A stretch of 64,000 nucleotides of DNA from an uncultured Thalassolituus sp. GTDB taxonomy: Bacteria; Pseudomonadota; Gammaproteobacteria; Pseudomonadales; Oceanobacteraceae. Shown here one piece after another: positions 53,750-63,404 of the stretch. Where the stretch lies: the NCBI GenBank assembly GCA_913061435.1, contig CAJXUK010000015.1, positions 324 to 64,323 of the forward strand, read 5' to 3'. The notes under the pieces were generated by a model, which ran no database searches, was not told the DNA's origin, and was given only the letters and a program-made list of their open reading frames with translations. Position 1 is the stretch's first letter. Every line of letters starts with the position of its first letter. The position numbers were made by a program, and so were the translations under genes.

Positions 53750-56700
53750 ATGACATTAAGATCATGTTATGGATTATGTTTAATCCTGTTGTCGTCGTTG
53801 TTGCACGGGGCTGATAATCAAGGCCGAATAGTGATTGTACCCAAAACAGGGTTCGATGATGCAACTGCCGCGATGCCAGTAGGAGGAAATAACGGCTTAA
53901 CCATAGGTGAGCAGCGGTTAGAAGTGTTTCAGCGCGCGGCTTTTATTTGGTCTAACATTCTTAATTTGCATTACGACATTACGGTTGAAGCCGAATTTAC
54001 CAATCTTGCTTGTAGTGAAAACTCCACTACCTTGGGGTTTGCTGGTCCAAGTCAAGTTAAAAAAGTTGATAACGTCTGGTACTCAACTGCGCAAGCCAAT
54101 CAGCTGCTAAAACAAGACACCTCTATTAATGCAAATGATATTTACGCAACATTTAACTCGGCTATTGATACCGGCTGTTTTAGTGGTGCTGCAGAAGGCT
54201 GGTATTACGGTTTGGATAACAACGAACCCAATACTAAAGAAGCGCTATTAGATGTGGTATTACACGAAATTGGCCACGGTCTTGGTTTTTTAACTTTTAT
54301 AGAAAAAAACGGCGACCTTTTTAATAACGCAATTGATTCTTATAGCCGTTTTTTACAAGATGTTTCCAGCAATAAAAGTTGGCCTACTATGACCAATGCT
54401 GAACGCAGTATATCGACAAGCAATAATTCATTGATTTGGTCGGGCAGCTTTGCCAATGCTGCCGCTGCAATTGGGGGTAACGATCCTTTAACAGCGGGTT
54501 ATATTGGCCAACCAAACTCGGTTGTTCAAGGCATTAAAATGCACGCTCCTAGTACTTACAATAGTGGTTCTTCGGTGAGTCATATTTCTGTAGATGCCTC
54601 TCCCGATCAATTAATGGAGCCGCTGAATACCGACGATGGTGTGAACCCCGTGTTAGAAATTCAAATGTTCAAAGACATGGGGTATGAATTAAAAGCAGAG
54701 TTAAGCGGAAACAGTAAGCCTGTCGCTACCAATTTTACCTTAGACATTAAGCCCAACCAAAGTATCAATCTTGATGTATTAAGTCGTGCTACGGACTCAG
54801 ATTTAGACATATTGTCTTTGTATACCTATCGAGTACTGCCAAGTAATGGCGTTTTAAGTGATAACTTTGATGCGGATGCAACGTACACACCCAATACTAA
54901 CTTTATTGGCAGCGATACTATTGTTTATCAAGTTTACGATGATCACCTGCAACTAAGTAACGAAGCAACAATCACAATCAATGTGAGCAATGAGCCTCCA
55001 GCTGCAAAACCGCCTACCGCGAATGACGATAGTGTGAGCATTAGCGAAGACAGTATCAATATTGCAATCGATGTCTTACTGAATGATGTTGCAGGTGATC
55101 AGCCGATAGATCTTACAACATTAATGATTGAGCGTGCGCCAGCTCATGGTGAAGCTAGCGTGGTTAATGGAAAAATTCATTACACCCCTGCTGCTAATTT
55201 TTATGGCAGCGACAGCCTAGCGTATTTTGTACGGGACAGTGCCAATGAAAAAAGTAATAGCGCAAATTTAATTATTACCGTTACTAATATTGATGATGAC
55301 AGCGTTGCTACAGCAGATAGTTTTACCTTGCCAGAAGATAGCATCAATTTTGAACTGGATTTAATCAACAACGACAGTGATATTGACTCTACGCTGAGTA
55401 ATGGCCAGGTTGTTATTGTTAGCGAGCCTCAACACGGCGTTGTAGTTTTAAATAATGGTGCGGTCAACTATTCTCCCGATGTAGATTTTTTTGGTAGCGA
55501 TCGTTTTTTATATGAAATTAATATTGGGGGAAACAAAAGTAATATCACAAATGTTGATCTAGAAATAACCAATGTAAATGACTCCCCCGTGACCGTTGCT
55601 GATCAATTCAGCATAACCGAGCAACCTAGCACCTTGGATATTTTGTTAAACGACAGTGATGTTGATGATCAAAAAAGTGATTTAACGATAGTTGTGCAGA
55701 CCCAGCCTAACCATGGGTTGCTAACTGTTAATTTGGGAAATGTAAGCTATCAGGCCGAGCCGGATTTTGTAGGTGAAGACAGTTTTAGTTATCGATTACG
55801 CGACCCTAGTAATGCCAGCAGCAATATCTCAAATGTGAATTTGCAAATTACCCAACTTGATTTACCTGTGGCAAAAAAAGATATTTTTGTGTTTAACGAA
55901 AACAGTTTAGATCAAGTATTAGACCTCACTAAAAACGATACATATACCGGCGAAGTACGCAATATAGTGATTCAGCAGCAACCCACTAATGGCGTCATTA
56001 CCGTTAACTCAAACAATGTGACTTTTAGTGCGTTTGAAAACATATTTGGCCAAAGTGATTTTCAATATTCTTTGATTGACGAAACGGGCCTGCAGTCTGC
56101 TGCAGTTGTAAGTCATATTTATTTAGTGAATAAAAATGATCCGCCGATAGCAACAGACGATGTGTTATCGGTAGTAAGCGATGCTAACAATAAATTAAAT
56201 ATTCTTATTAATGATGCAGGTGAAAAGTTACAAGATTCACAGATCAATATTGTTACAAGTTCACAATACGGCGATCTTACAACAAATGGCAGTGATGTTT
56301 ATTACCGGGTAAATAACATTGCACAAACACAAGATAGCTTTTCTTATTCTATTACTGACTCGCAAGGGTTAGTGAGCAACATCGCCAATGTAACTTTGCA
56401 AATTGTTGATGATTTACCTGTGCCGAATGTGACAGATGATGAATTTAAAATAAAAATAAACTCACAAAAACAATTAAATATTTTAAGTAACGATCAATTT
56501 TTTACTGATGATATCACCATAGAAATAACCCAGTCACCTGCAAGCGGCTTGTTAGTTAATAACGGAAAAGATGTGATTTATAATGCCGGTGCTGTTGTTG
56601 GTGAAGATCAGTTTAGTTACCGCATACAACAACAAAGAGATAATGAAAAAGTATTCAGTGAAAATGCACAGGTAGTTTTAAAAACAGTAATCAAAGCGCC

Positions 56701-57319
56701 ATTATTACTTACAGATGATTATGCTCGGGTAATAGAATCAGATTTAATACGTGTAAATTTAACCAATAACGACAAATTTGAAGATATTAAATTATTAACT
56801 GTGTTTGCTCACGTTGTTGATGGTGGTGCGAGGTTTGAGTTGAGTAGTGATGGCAGCAGCACTATTAATACCAACGACGGTGAAGAAAATGAAGCAAGTG
56901 AAAATAAGTTAAATGAATTAAAAGAGAATTTAAAAATAATTCACAATAACTTAAATGGTTCTGAAAGTGATTATCAGATAGAGCTTAAACTGTTAGCTAA
57001 CTCAAATATTCAAGATAATAAACGAACAGAGTATTTAGTGTACGCCATTGAAGATACTCATGGCAATTTGCAAATGGCGCAAGTAACCATAACGGTTTTA
57101 CCCAGCCAAGAGCCGGACCCAGTGGATATTCCAGAGCAGCCTGAAATTCCTGAATTAATAGAGCCACCTACTATAGAAAATGTGGAAGTGGTTGCCATTG
57201 GCTCAGATGCAAAATCTGGTGGCGTTATAAGCTATGTCTTTATGTTATTTATTATTGTGTTTGTCACCTACTCACGTTTAGCTAAAAATAAAAACCGAGT
57301 TAAGTCAGAAATTATATGA
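53750..57319 (+). CDS. Secreted zinc metallopeptidase-like protein with cadherin-like repeats and GlyGly-CTERM-like anchor
   Basis: Signal peptide, HEIGHGLGF, about 8 P.A.DD...(E)D....DVL.ND repeats, C-terminal SGG plus TM plus basic tail. Confidence 0.8.
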   Translation: MTLRSCYGLCLILLSSLLHGADNQGRIVIVPKTGFDDATAAMPVGGNNGLTIGEQRLEVFQRAAFIWSNILNLHYDITVEAEFTNLACSENSTTLGFAGPSQVKKVDNVWYSTAQANQLLKQDTSINANDIYATFNSAIDTGCFSGAAEGWYYGLDNNEPNTKEALLDVVLHEIGHGLGFLTFIEKNGDLFNNAIDSYSRFLQDVSSNKSWPTMTNAERSISTSNNSLIWSGSFANAAAAIGGNDPLTAGYIGQPNSVVQGIKMHAPSTYNSGSSVSHISVDASPDQLMEPLNTDDGVNPVLEIQMFKDMGYELKAELSGNSKPVATNFTLDIKPNQSINLDVLSRATDSDLDILSLYTYRVLPSNGVLSDNFDADATYTPNTNFIGSDTIVYQVYDDHLQLSNEATITINVSNEPPAAKPPTANDDSVSISEDSINIAIDVLLNDVAGDQPIDLTTLMIERAPAHGEASVVNGKIHYTPAANFYGSDSLAYFVRDSANEKSNSANLIITVTNIDDDSVATADSFTLPEDSINFELDLINNDSDIDSTLSNGQVVIVSEPQHGVVVLNNGAVNYSPDVDFFGSDRFLYEINIGGNKSNITNVDLEITNVNDSPVTVADQFSITEQPSTLDILLNDSDVDDQKSDLTIVVQTQPNHGLLTVNLGNVSYQAEPDFVGEDSFSYRLRDPSNASSNISNVNLQITQLDLPVAKKDIFVFNENSLDQVLDLTKNDTYTGEVRNIVIQQQPTNGVITVNSNNVTFSAFENIFGQSDFQYSLIDETGLQSAAVVSHIYLVNKNDPPIATDDVLSVVSDANNKLNILINDAGEKLQDSQINIVTSSQYGDLTTNGSDVYYRVNNIAQTQDSFSYSITDSQGLVSNIANVTLQIVDDLPVPNVTDDEFKIKINSQKQLNILSNDQFFTDDITIEITQSPASGLLVNNGKDVIYNAGAVVGEDQFSYRIQQQRDNEKVFSENAQVVLKTVIKAPLLLTDDYARVIESDLIRVNLTNNDKFEDIKLLTVFAHVVDGGARFELSSDGSSTINTNDGEENEASENKLNELKENLKIIHNNLNGSESDYQIELKLLANSNIQDNKRTEYLVYAIEDTHGNLQMAQVTITVLPSQEPDPVDIPEQPEIPELIEPPTIENVEVVAIGSDAKSGGVISYVFMLFIIVFVTYSRLAKNKNRVKSEII
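54710..57090 (+). repeat. About 8 diverged roughly 100-aa cadherin-like/Ig repeats
   Basis: Repeat starts NSKPVATN, KPPTANDD, DSVATADS, NDSPVTVAD, DLPVAKKD, NDPPIATDD, PNVTDD, PLLLTDD. Boundaries are approximate. Confidence 0.75.
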
Positions 57320-57741
57320 ATAAAAAAATATCTTTTGTTGCTATTTTATCTGCACTGGTTTTATTTAGCTGGGTAGCTTTTAAGCCTAATAAGGATGCAA
57401 ATAGCACCCCCCAAACAGTTTCTCAAAAGTCAGCAACGGTAGTTGATCCATTAGCGCAAACGGATTTAAAAGCAGCAACTAAATTAGATGATCATCACCA
57501 ACATAACAGCAGCAACAAGAATGACGACAAAGCGTTTGATTTTACAAACTTTGTGACTCCAGAAATGGTTCAAGAACTAAGGCCGTTAACATCGCGCAAA
57601 AGCAGTGATTTAGAAATTAAAAAAGACGCAGATGGACGCGAGTATGTAGACCTTAAAAAGCGCTGGTCACACGCAACGATTGTAGTAAAAGACAAAGAAG
57701 GTAATAAACATTCCGGTGACTGGGCGCCGGAAAAAAAATAA
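57316..57741 (+). CDS. Small membrane-anchored/exported partner protein (post-PEP-CTERM-1-like)
   Basis: N-terminal TM/signal segment. C-terminal SSDLEIKKDADGREYVDLKKRWSHATIVVKDKEG. ATGA overlap with the peptidase stop. Confidence 0.6.
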   Translation: MNKKISFVAILSALVLFSWVAFKPNKDANSTPQTVSQKSATVVDPLAQTDLKAATKLDDHHQHNSSNKNDDKAFDFTNFVTPEMVQELRPLTSRKSSDLEIKKDADGREYVDLKKRWSHATIVVKDKEGNKHSGDWAPEKK

Positions 57742-57744
57742 TGC

Positions 57745-58458
57745 TTATGGTTTTTCTTGATTGTTAATGATGTGCACAATCGACAGCATCTTTTTCGGCG
57801 TAAACGGCGGTTTAATAAAACCATAGTAATTACCATTTGGGTCTAAAATAGCAATGTTGGCGCTGTGGTCCATCAAATAGCCTAAGTCTGGATCAACCTC
57901 ACCCTCACTGTTTAAACGATCTACTTTGGCATACACGGCATTTAACTGTGCAGTAAAACTGTGTAATGACGTTAAGTTACCGCTCAGTGCGGTAAAATCT
58001 GCTTCAAAATAATCCATGTAAGTTTTCAGCTGTTCTGGGGTATCACGCTCAATATCCACACTGACAAATACGATCTGATTTTTTGCTTTAAGTTCTGCAG
58101 AGAGTTGTACCCACATTTGTTGCATGACCGACAAGGTGGTTGGGCAAATATCAGGGCAAAAAGTGTACCCAAAAAAGAGAAAGGACCATTTGCCTAAGTT
58201 GTCTGCTTTGCCAACGGTTTCACCCTCTTCATTAATAAAAGGAACATCCGAAACAGGCAGAGGTTGCGCAAACTTAAAAGCATCCAGATCACTTAGTTGA
58301 GAAGACAGAGACGTTGATTCGTCATTGTTTGAGCTTAATACATACCAACCAGCAAACAAGGCCAGCCCAAGTATTAAACACATAACCAATACAACAGGCA
58401 TAAAGCCCTGTTTACTTTTTTGCGAGGTATTTGCTGGCGTTGACATACGAATTTCCAA
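57745..58458 (-). CDS. SCO1/SenC copper chaperone
   Basis: FFGYTFCPDICP, VSVDIERD, YLMDHSA. Confidence 0.92.
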   Translation of the reverse strand: MEIRMSTPANTSQKSKQGFMPVVLVMCLILGLALFAGWYVLSSNNDESTSLSSQLSDLDAFKFAQPLPVSDVPFINEEGETVGKADNLGKWSFLFFGYTFCPDICPTTLSVMQQMWVQLSAELKAKNQIVFVSVDIERDTPEQLKTYMDYFEADFTALSGNLTSLHSFTAQLNAVYAKVDRLNSEGEVDPDLGYLMDHSANIAILDPNGNYYGFIKPPFTPKKMLSIVHIINNQEKP

Positions 58459-58504
58459 TAAGATAAAACCCTAATGTCTCCATCATACCGAAACTGCCCT
58501 CATC

Positions 58505-59824
58505 ATGCTGCAACTACAAACGCGAATACTACAACTTGCTTGGCCCATTATGCTGAGCAATATTACCGTCCCGTTATTGGGGCTGGTGGATACCGCAGTT
58601 TTAGGGCATTTAGATGATGTGAGTTACTTGGGTGCAGTTGTCTTAGGGAGCCAGGTTGTAACGTTATTGTTATGGAGCTTTGGTTTTTTACGAATGGGCA
58701 CCACGTCGCTCAGTGCGCATGCCACAGGTGCCGGTGAAACCAATACAACCGAACGCATTTTACAAAACGCACTACTCATGGCGTTGATGATTAGTTTTCC
58801 ATTAATGGTCTTTGCGTTTTTTAGCATAGAAAGCATTATCGCTTTAATTGGCGGTAGTCCTGTAGTTCAAGCCCTTGCGGTTGAGTATGTCAATATTCGA
58901 CTGATGGCCACACCAGCGGTATTGGTTCAATACGTACTGATTGGTTGGTTTATTGGTCGTGGCGAAACAAAAGTACCGCTAATGCTGCTTATTATTAGCA
59001 ACAGCATTAATGCCCTACTTGATGTGGTGCTGGTTTATGGTTACGGATTAACCAGCGATGGTGTTGCCTGGGCAACCTTGTGTGCCGACTATAGTGCCGC
59101 TAGTTTGGGCCTGTACTGGGCAATGCGAACCCTTGGGAAAATTAACAAAGCACATAGATCGCCGTTATTGTGGCCAAACTGGCAAGAACTCAAGCCCTTG
59201 GTGAATATTAATCACCAGTTGTTTGTGCGCACTCTATGTTTACTGAGTGTGTTTATTTTCTTTACCTCGCAAGGTGCTCAGCAGGGCGATCTTATTTTAG
59301 CCGTGAATGCCATTATGCTTACCCTGCTTTTGTTAATTTCAAATGCTTTAGACGGCTTCGCCCATGCCGCAGAAACCTTAGTTGGGCAAAGCTTAGGTGC
59401 AAAAAATAGCCAACAACTTCGCCAAAGTATTTGGTTAACAGGTGCCAATGCCTTAGCAATAGCTTTTATTATGGTGCTGGGGTTTGCTTGGCAAAGCGCA
59501 AACTTGCTGGGCTTATTAACCAACCAAGCAGATGTGCTCGCGATGGCGATTGAATACAGCCCTTGGCTAATTTGGTTGCCGCTTATTGGTTGTAGCAGTT
59601 ATTGGTTAGATGGTATTTTTATCGGTTTGCAGGCCAGTGCGGCTATGCGAAATAGCATGTTGTTAGCTGCCGGTGCCATTTTTTTGCCTGTCTGGTTTTT
59701 GACACTCGACTGGGGCAACCATGGCTTATGGTTTGCTTTCTATGCTTTTTTGTTGGCTCGATCGTTATTTATGCTGCCCAAATTCGTCAGATTGTTAGGC
59801 AAAAAACAATTAATTAAGAAATAA
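58505..59824 (+). CDS. MATE family efflux transporter, DinF-like
   Basis: LSNITVPLLGLVDTAVLGHL, FGFLRMGTT, ALDGFAHAAE. Confidence 0.9.
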   Translation: MLQLQTRILQLAWPIMLSNITVPLLGLVDTAVLGHLDDVSYLGAVVLGSQVVTLLLWSFGFLRMGTTSLSAHATGAGETNTTERILQNALLMALMISFPLMVFAFFSIESIIALIGGSPVVQALAVEYVNIRLMATPAVLVQYVLIGWFIGRGETKVPLMLLIISNSINALLDVVLVYGYGLTSDGVAWATLCADYSAASLGLYWAMRTLGKINKAHRSPLLWPNWQELKPLVNINHQLFVRTLCLLSVFIFFTSQGAQQGDLILAVNAIMLTLLLLISNALDGFAHAAETLVGQSLGAKNSQQLRQSIWLTGANALAIAFIMVLGFAWQSANLLGLLTNQADVLAMAIEYSPWLIWLPLIGCSSYWLDGIFIGLQASAAMRNSMLLAAGAIFLPVWFLTLDWGNHGLWFAFYAFLLARSLFMLPKFVRLLGKKQLIKK

Positions 59825-60031
59825 AACTAGCGCATGCGTCAATCTTTACTATAATTTTCTTTGAAAGATAGAGTAATAACACTAAGTTATTGTTTTTATT
59901 GATTATTTTAAAGTAATAACAATTATCATTTTAATAATCAATTGAGCTAATAAGTCATTCAAAACCACTTTATCTTGATATTGAGTGTTTAGTGATCAGA
60001 TTTTTATTTTAAAGTGTTGGAGATTCATCAA

Positions 60032-60682
60032 GTGAATACGCAAGCATTACAACAGCTGATTGAAACCGCCGTCGTTAGCGAACAAGAAACCAAGCACCTT
60101 CATGATTTACTGGCCCAGCGCGTAGAAACGATAGAGCGCATTATTGAATTACCCGAAACAGTAGCGTCAGAGCGCTTGTACGAATTTGTATTGCGTTATA
60201 TTCAACAAGTCCCACAAATGTTAGAAGACTTGCATCATGGTTCTATTGAAGCGGGCTTAACGCAATATATCAGCCCGATTCTCGATGTGGTTGAAAGCTT
60301 GTACATGGCACCACAAAAAGCTTTAGACGGTAAAACTGGTTTAGTGGCATTAATGGGTAGAGCATTTTTAGCACACCGATTATTCGAAGAAGTGAACGAC
60401 ACCTACATTATGCGTGTTGGCCAGCCTATGATTCCATTTGATATGACTATGTCGAATGTGATTGTGCATTCATTAATTGGCGAACCGTTTGCAAACGAGT
60501 TAGATCAAGTGGTTATGGTTGCCGCAAAAGGTATTTTTGGCAGCCATAAAGTCTATGAAAAAAATGATAAGTTTTTAGCCTTTATGAGCAAAAAAGAAAA
60601 CGACAACCTAGTGACAATTGCTCAAAACTGGCCCTGTATGTCGACACAAATGGGCTTAGACAACCACCTACAATTTGCTTAA
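60032..60682 (+). CDS. Conserved-looking hypothetical protein
   Basis: Open frame of over 215 codons. GGAG upstream of GTG 60032 favours that start over 60014. Confidence 0.75.
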   Translation: MNTQALQQLIETAVVSEQETKHLHDLLAQRVETIERIIELPETVASERLYEFVLRYIQQVPQMLEDLHHGSIEAGLTQYISPILDVVESLYMAPQKALDGKTGLVALMGRAFLAHRLFEEVNDTYIMRVGQPMIPFDMTMSNVIVHSLIGEPFANELDQVVMVAAKGIFGSHKVYEKNDKFLAFMSKKENDNLVTIAQNWPCMSTQMGLDNHLQFA

Positions 60683-60704
60683 AGCTGACAGCAGGTCATT
60701 GCAA

Positions 60705-61589
60705 TTATTGAATGGCACTGCCTAGGCTCTGCTCCAAAAAACCAAACAGCGCTTGAATACGAGCGCTGTTTTTTAAATCTTTGTGATAAACAAACCAAAA
60801 ACCGTCTGTGGTTGTGTCCAACGTAATATCCAATATTTGTAAATTATCACATTTACTTGCGTGATGAATGCCCATAGGGCCAATCGCCATACCTTCCATC
60901 ACTGCATTATAAATATCAGGAAAGTGATTACTTTGATAAATAATTTGTTCTTCATCAATATGCTTCAGGATCTGTTTAACAAACGGGATTTTACGTTTTT
61001 CGTTACTGGGCAGCGCCCAAAGATGTTGATTAAACTCAGTCGTTGTCTTGGGTAAACCGTACTCTGCAACATAAGAATCCGCAGCGTAGTAATGAATATT
61101 TGGTGGATTGAGTTTTTTAACGATTAAATCAGGCTCATTGGGCTGACTGCCCGCGCGCAAAGATACATGAGCAGCGCCAGTGGCCAAAGGAATCACATCA
61201 TCGGTCGCAATAATCTGAATACGCAATTTAGGGTAAGCTTTGTGAAACGCTTTTAAAGCAGGGTTCAATAGCGGAGAGAAATCACTCAGGGTCGTAATGC
61301 GCAAATTGCCACTGATATTTTTTTCGGCACTGCTCATTAGATTTTCTAAACGGCTGAAGGATTTTTGAATATCCGGAATTCCTTTCACCATCAACTCACC
61401 GGCATCGGTGAGCTGATAACCACGTTGATGGCGAATAAACAGCTTGGTATCTAAAGCTTCTTCAAGGCGATTAATATGGCGCAAAACCGTAGCGTGATTC
61501 ATCTGTAACAACTTACCCGCTTTGGTTAATGTGCCTGATTTGGCAAGAAGATAAGCAATTCGAAAATCATCCCAGCTTGGTTGTGTCAT
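60705..61589 (-). CDS. LysR family transcriptional regulator
   Basis: WDDFR...HATVLRHINRLEEAL...LFIRHQRGYQLTDAG HTH and linker. Confidence 0.93.
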   Translation of the reverse strand: MTQPSWDDFRIAYLLAKSGTLTKAGKLLQMNHATVLRHINRLEEALDTKLFIRHQRGYQLTDAGELMVKGIPDIQKSFSRLENLMSSAEKNISGNLRITTLSDFSPLLNPALKAFHKAYPKLRIQIIATDDVIPLATGAAHVSLRAGSQPNEPDLIVKKLNPPNIHYYAADSYVAEYGLPKTTTEFNQHLWALPSNEKRKIPFVKQILKHIDEEQIIYQSNHFPDIYNAVMEGMAIGPMGIHHASKCDNLQILDITLDTTTDGFWFVYHKDLKNSARIQALFGFLEQSLGSAIQ

Positions 61590-61725
61590 GAGGAAATACC
61601 GATTTTATGAATTATTGCTTATTCGTACAGTGAATGTGAGTATTGTGATTTAAAGTTGGATAGAAAAAATTATTGAAGGAAACGTTGCTATAAAAGGGCT
61701 GCTCTATGCGAACAGCCCTCTAATT

Positions 61726-62568
61726 TTATAAAACTACGTTTGCAGTAATGGTTATATTAGCAGTACATACTTCAGTGGAGTTGCTATCAACAAAAGTAGT
61801 CTCACTACTAGCCGTGCCAGTTAATTCACCCGTCTCAAAATTAGTTGTGTAGTTCAAAGTAAAATTGCTTTCATAGCTATCACTGCCGTTAGTTTCAGAG
61901 TCAGAGCTTACTGCTGTAAAGCTATCGCCAGATACAGATTTAAAGGAGGTTTTAGATTCACCAGATAAGCTTACAACGTATCCATCTTTCCAGTTTATTA
62001 TTATAGAAGTGTTGTCTGTGTAATTGTATTGATTGGTCTCTCCATTTTCAACACACGTTTCTTTTGTAGTATATTTAGCTTCAACTATATATTCGTTAGC
62101 CGTAAGACCCAATGAAGAACGGTTAGCTTCAACAAGCTTCAGTTCAAACAGTCCTTGTCCTTCGTAAGACTCTACTTCCACACTGTATAACTGGTTAGCA
62201 ATAGCATTAAAAATGATGGCCTCGTTTGAATTACCATCACTGCTATCTAAATTAAGGTCTGTGCTCGATACTTCTAGGTCTAGATCTTTAGCTGCACTAG
62301 ATAGAACTAAAGCCACTTTCTTATTTTCGGTTGGGGTAAAGTTGAATCTTACAGAGCTATCTTCTAAAACATTGCCTGTTAAACGAGTGTTTAGTTCAAC
62401 ATTATCCCCTTCAGAAACAGGATCGTTTTTTAATGCAGGTTCTTGTTCAGCACCGCGGATTCCACTAGCGAAATCTTTGTTGATTCCAAGCGAACTGTCA
62501 CTGCTAGAACTACCACCACAGGCTGCTAAGCTCAACGCTAACAAAGAAATAGAAAATTCCTTTTTCAT
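61726..62568 (-). CDS. Lipoprotein with PPC-like beta-sandwich domain
   Basis: Lipobox LAAC-GGSSSS. DLDL.V....NE.I.F......Y.VEV..Y resembles a pre-peptidase C-terminal domain. Confidence 0.65.
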   Translation of the reverse strand: MKKEFSISLLALSLAACGGSSSSDSSLGINKDFASGIRGAEQEPALKNDPVSEGDNVELNTRLTGNVLEDSSVRFNFTPTENKKVALVLSSAAKDLDLEVSSTDLNLDSSDGNSNEAIIFNAIANQLYSVEVESYEGQGLFELKLVEANRSSLGLTANEYIVEAKYTTKETCVENGETNQYNYTDNTSIIINWKDGYVVSLSGESKTSFKSVSGDSFTAVSSDSETNGSDSYESNFTLNYTTNFETGELTGTASSETTFVDSNSTEVCTANITITANVVL

Positions 62569-62723
62569 TTTATTTACCCTTAAATTTATATTTTAAAAGG
62601 AAGATACTAACGCACTGATCATTACCGGTAAAGAAAATGCCTAATGTCTGCTTGTTACACCACACCCAGTAGTGAGCTTAGTTCACTTATTGAATATCGT
62701 TAATATTTAGTTTTTTATACGAG

Positions 62724-62741
62724 TTGTGCATATTTGCACAA
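62724..62741. promoter_or_regulatory. Palindromic operator upstream of cytochrome b561-yceI
   Basis: TTGTGCA-TATT-TGCACAA, perfect 7-bp arms, 90 bp upstream of the ATG. Confidence 0.55.
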
Positions 62742-62831
62742 TAGTTTCCCCTTTATGTCTATTTTTCAACAAGTTTACTTAGCGTAAAGTAGTTGTAGTC
62801 ATCATTAAACACATCAGTTGTGGGGTAAGTC

Positions 62832-63383
62832 ATGCTTAAAAACACCAACAGCGGTTATGGCTGGGTAGCAATTTCACTTCATTGGTTAATGGCAATAGGT
62901 ATCTTTGGCACCTTTGGTTTGGGTTTATACATGGTAGAGCTAACCTATTACGATACTTGGTATAGAGGATCACTTGATTTGCACAAAAGCATTGGTTTAA
63001 CGCTGATGTTTGTTTGGATACTAAGAATTATCTGGCGCTGGTCCAATACCAGCCCACAGATAACCGGTAATGCGCTAGAGAAAAAAGCCGCGCATACGGT
63101 ACATTTATTACTCTACGTGGTCATGCTGGCGTTAATGATAACAGGGTATTTGATTTCAACAGCTGATGGACGGGGAATTGCAGTATTTGGGTTATTCGAA
63201 ATACCTGCTCTGTCGATTAGTTTTGAAAACCAAGAAGATATTGCGGGTGAGATTCACTGGCTACTTGCTTGGGGATTGATCTTAATGGTTGGCTTACATG
63301 CAATGGCCGCGATTAAACATCACGTTATAAATAAAGATGATACTTTATTGAAAATGATTCGACCTAAAACTGATTTAAAATAA
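62832..63383 (+). CDS. Cytochrome b561 (YceJ-like)
   Basis: YGWVAISLHW, HKSIG, HWLLAW, HAMAAIKHH heme ligands. Lies before yceI. Confidence 0.9.
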   Translation: MLKNTNSGYGWVAISLHWLMAIGIFGTFGLGLYMVELTYYDTWYRGSLDLHKSIGLTLMFVWILRIIWRWSNTSPQITGNALEKKAAHTVHLLLYVVMLALMITGYLISTADGRGIAVFGLFEIPALSISFENQEDIAGEIHWLLAWGLILMVGLHAMAAIKHHVINKDDTLLKMIRPKTDLK

Positions 63384-63404
63384 AACTTATCCTTAGGAGG
63401 ATGC

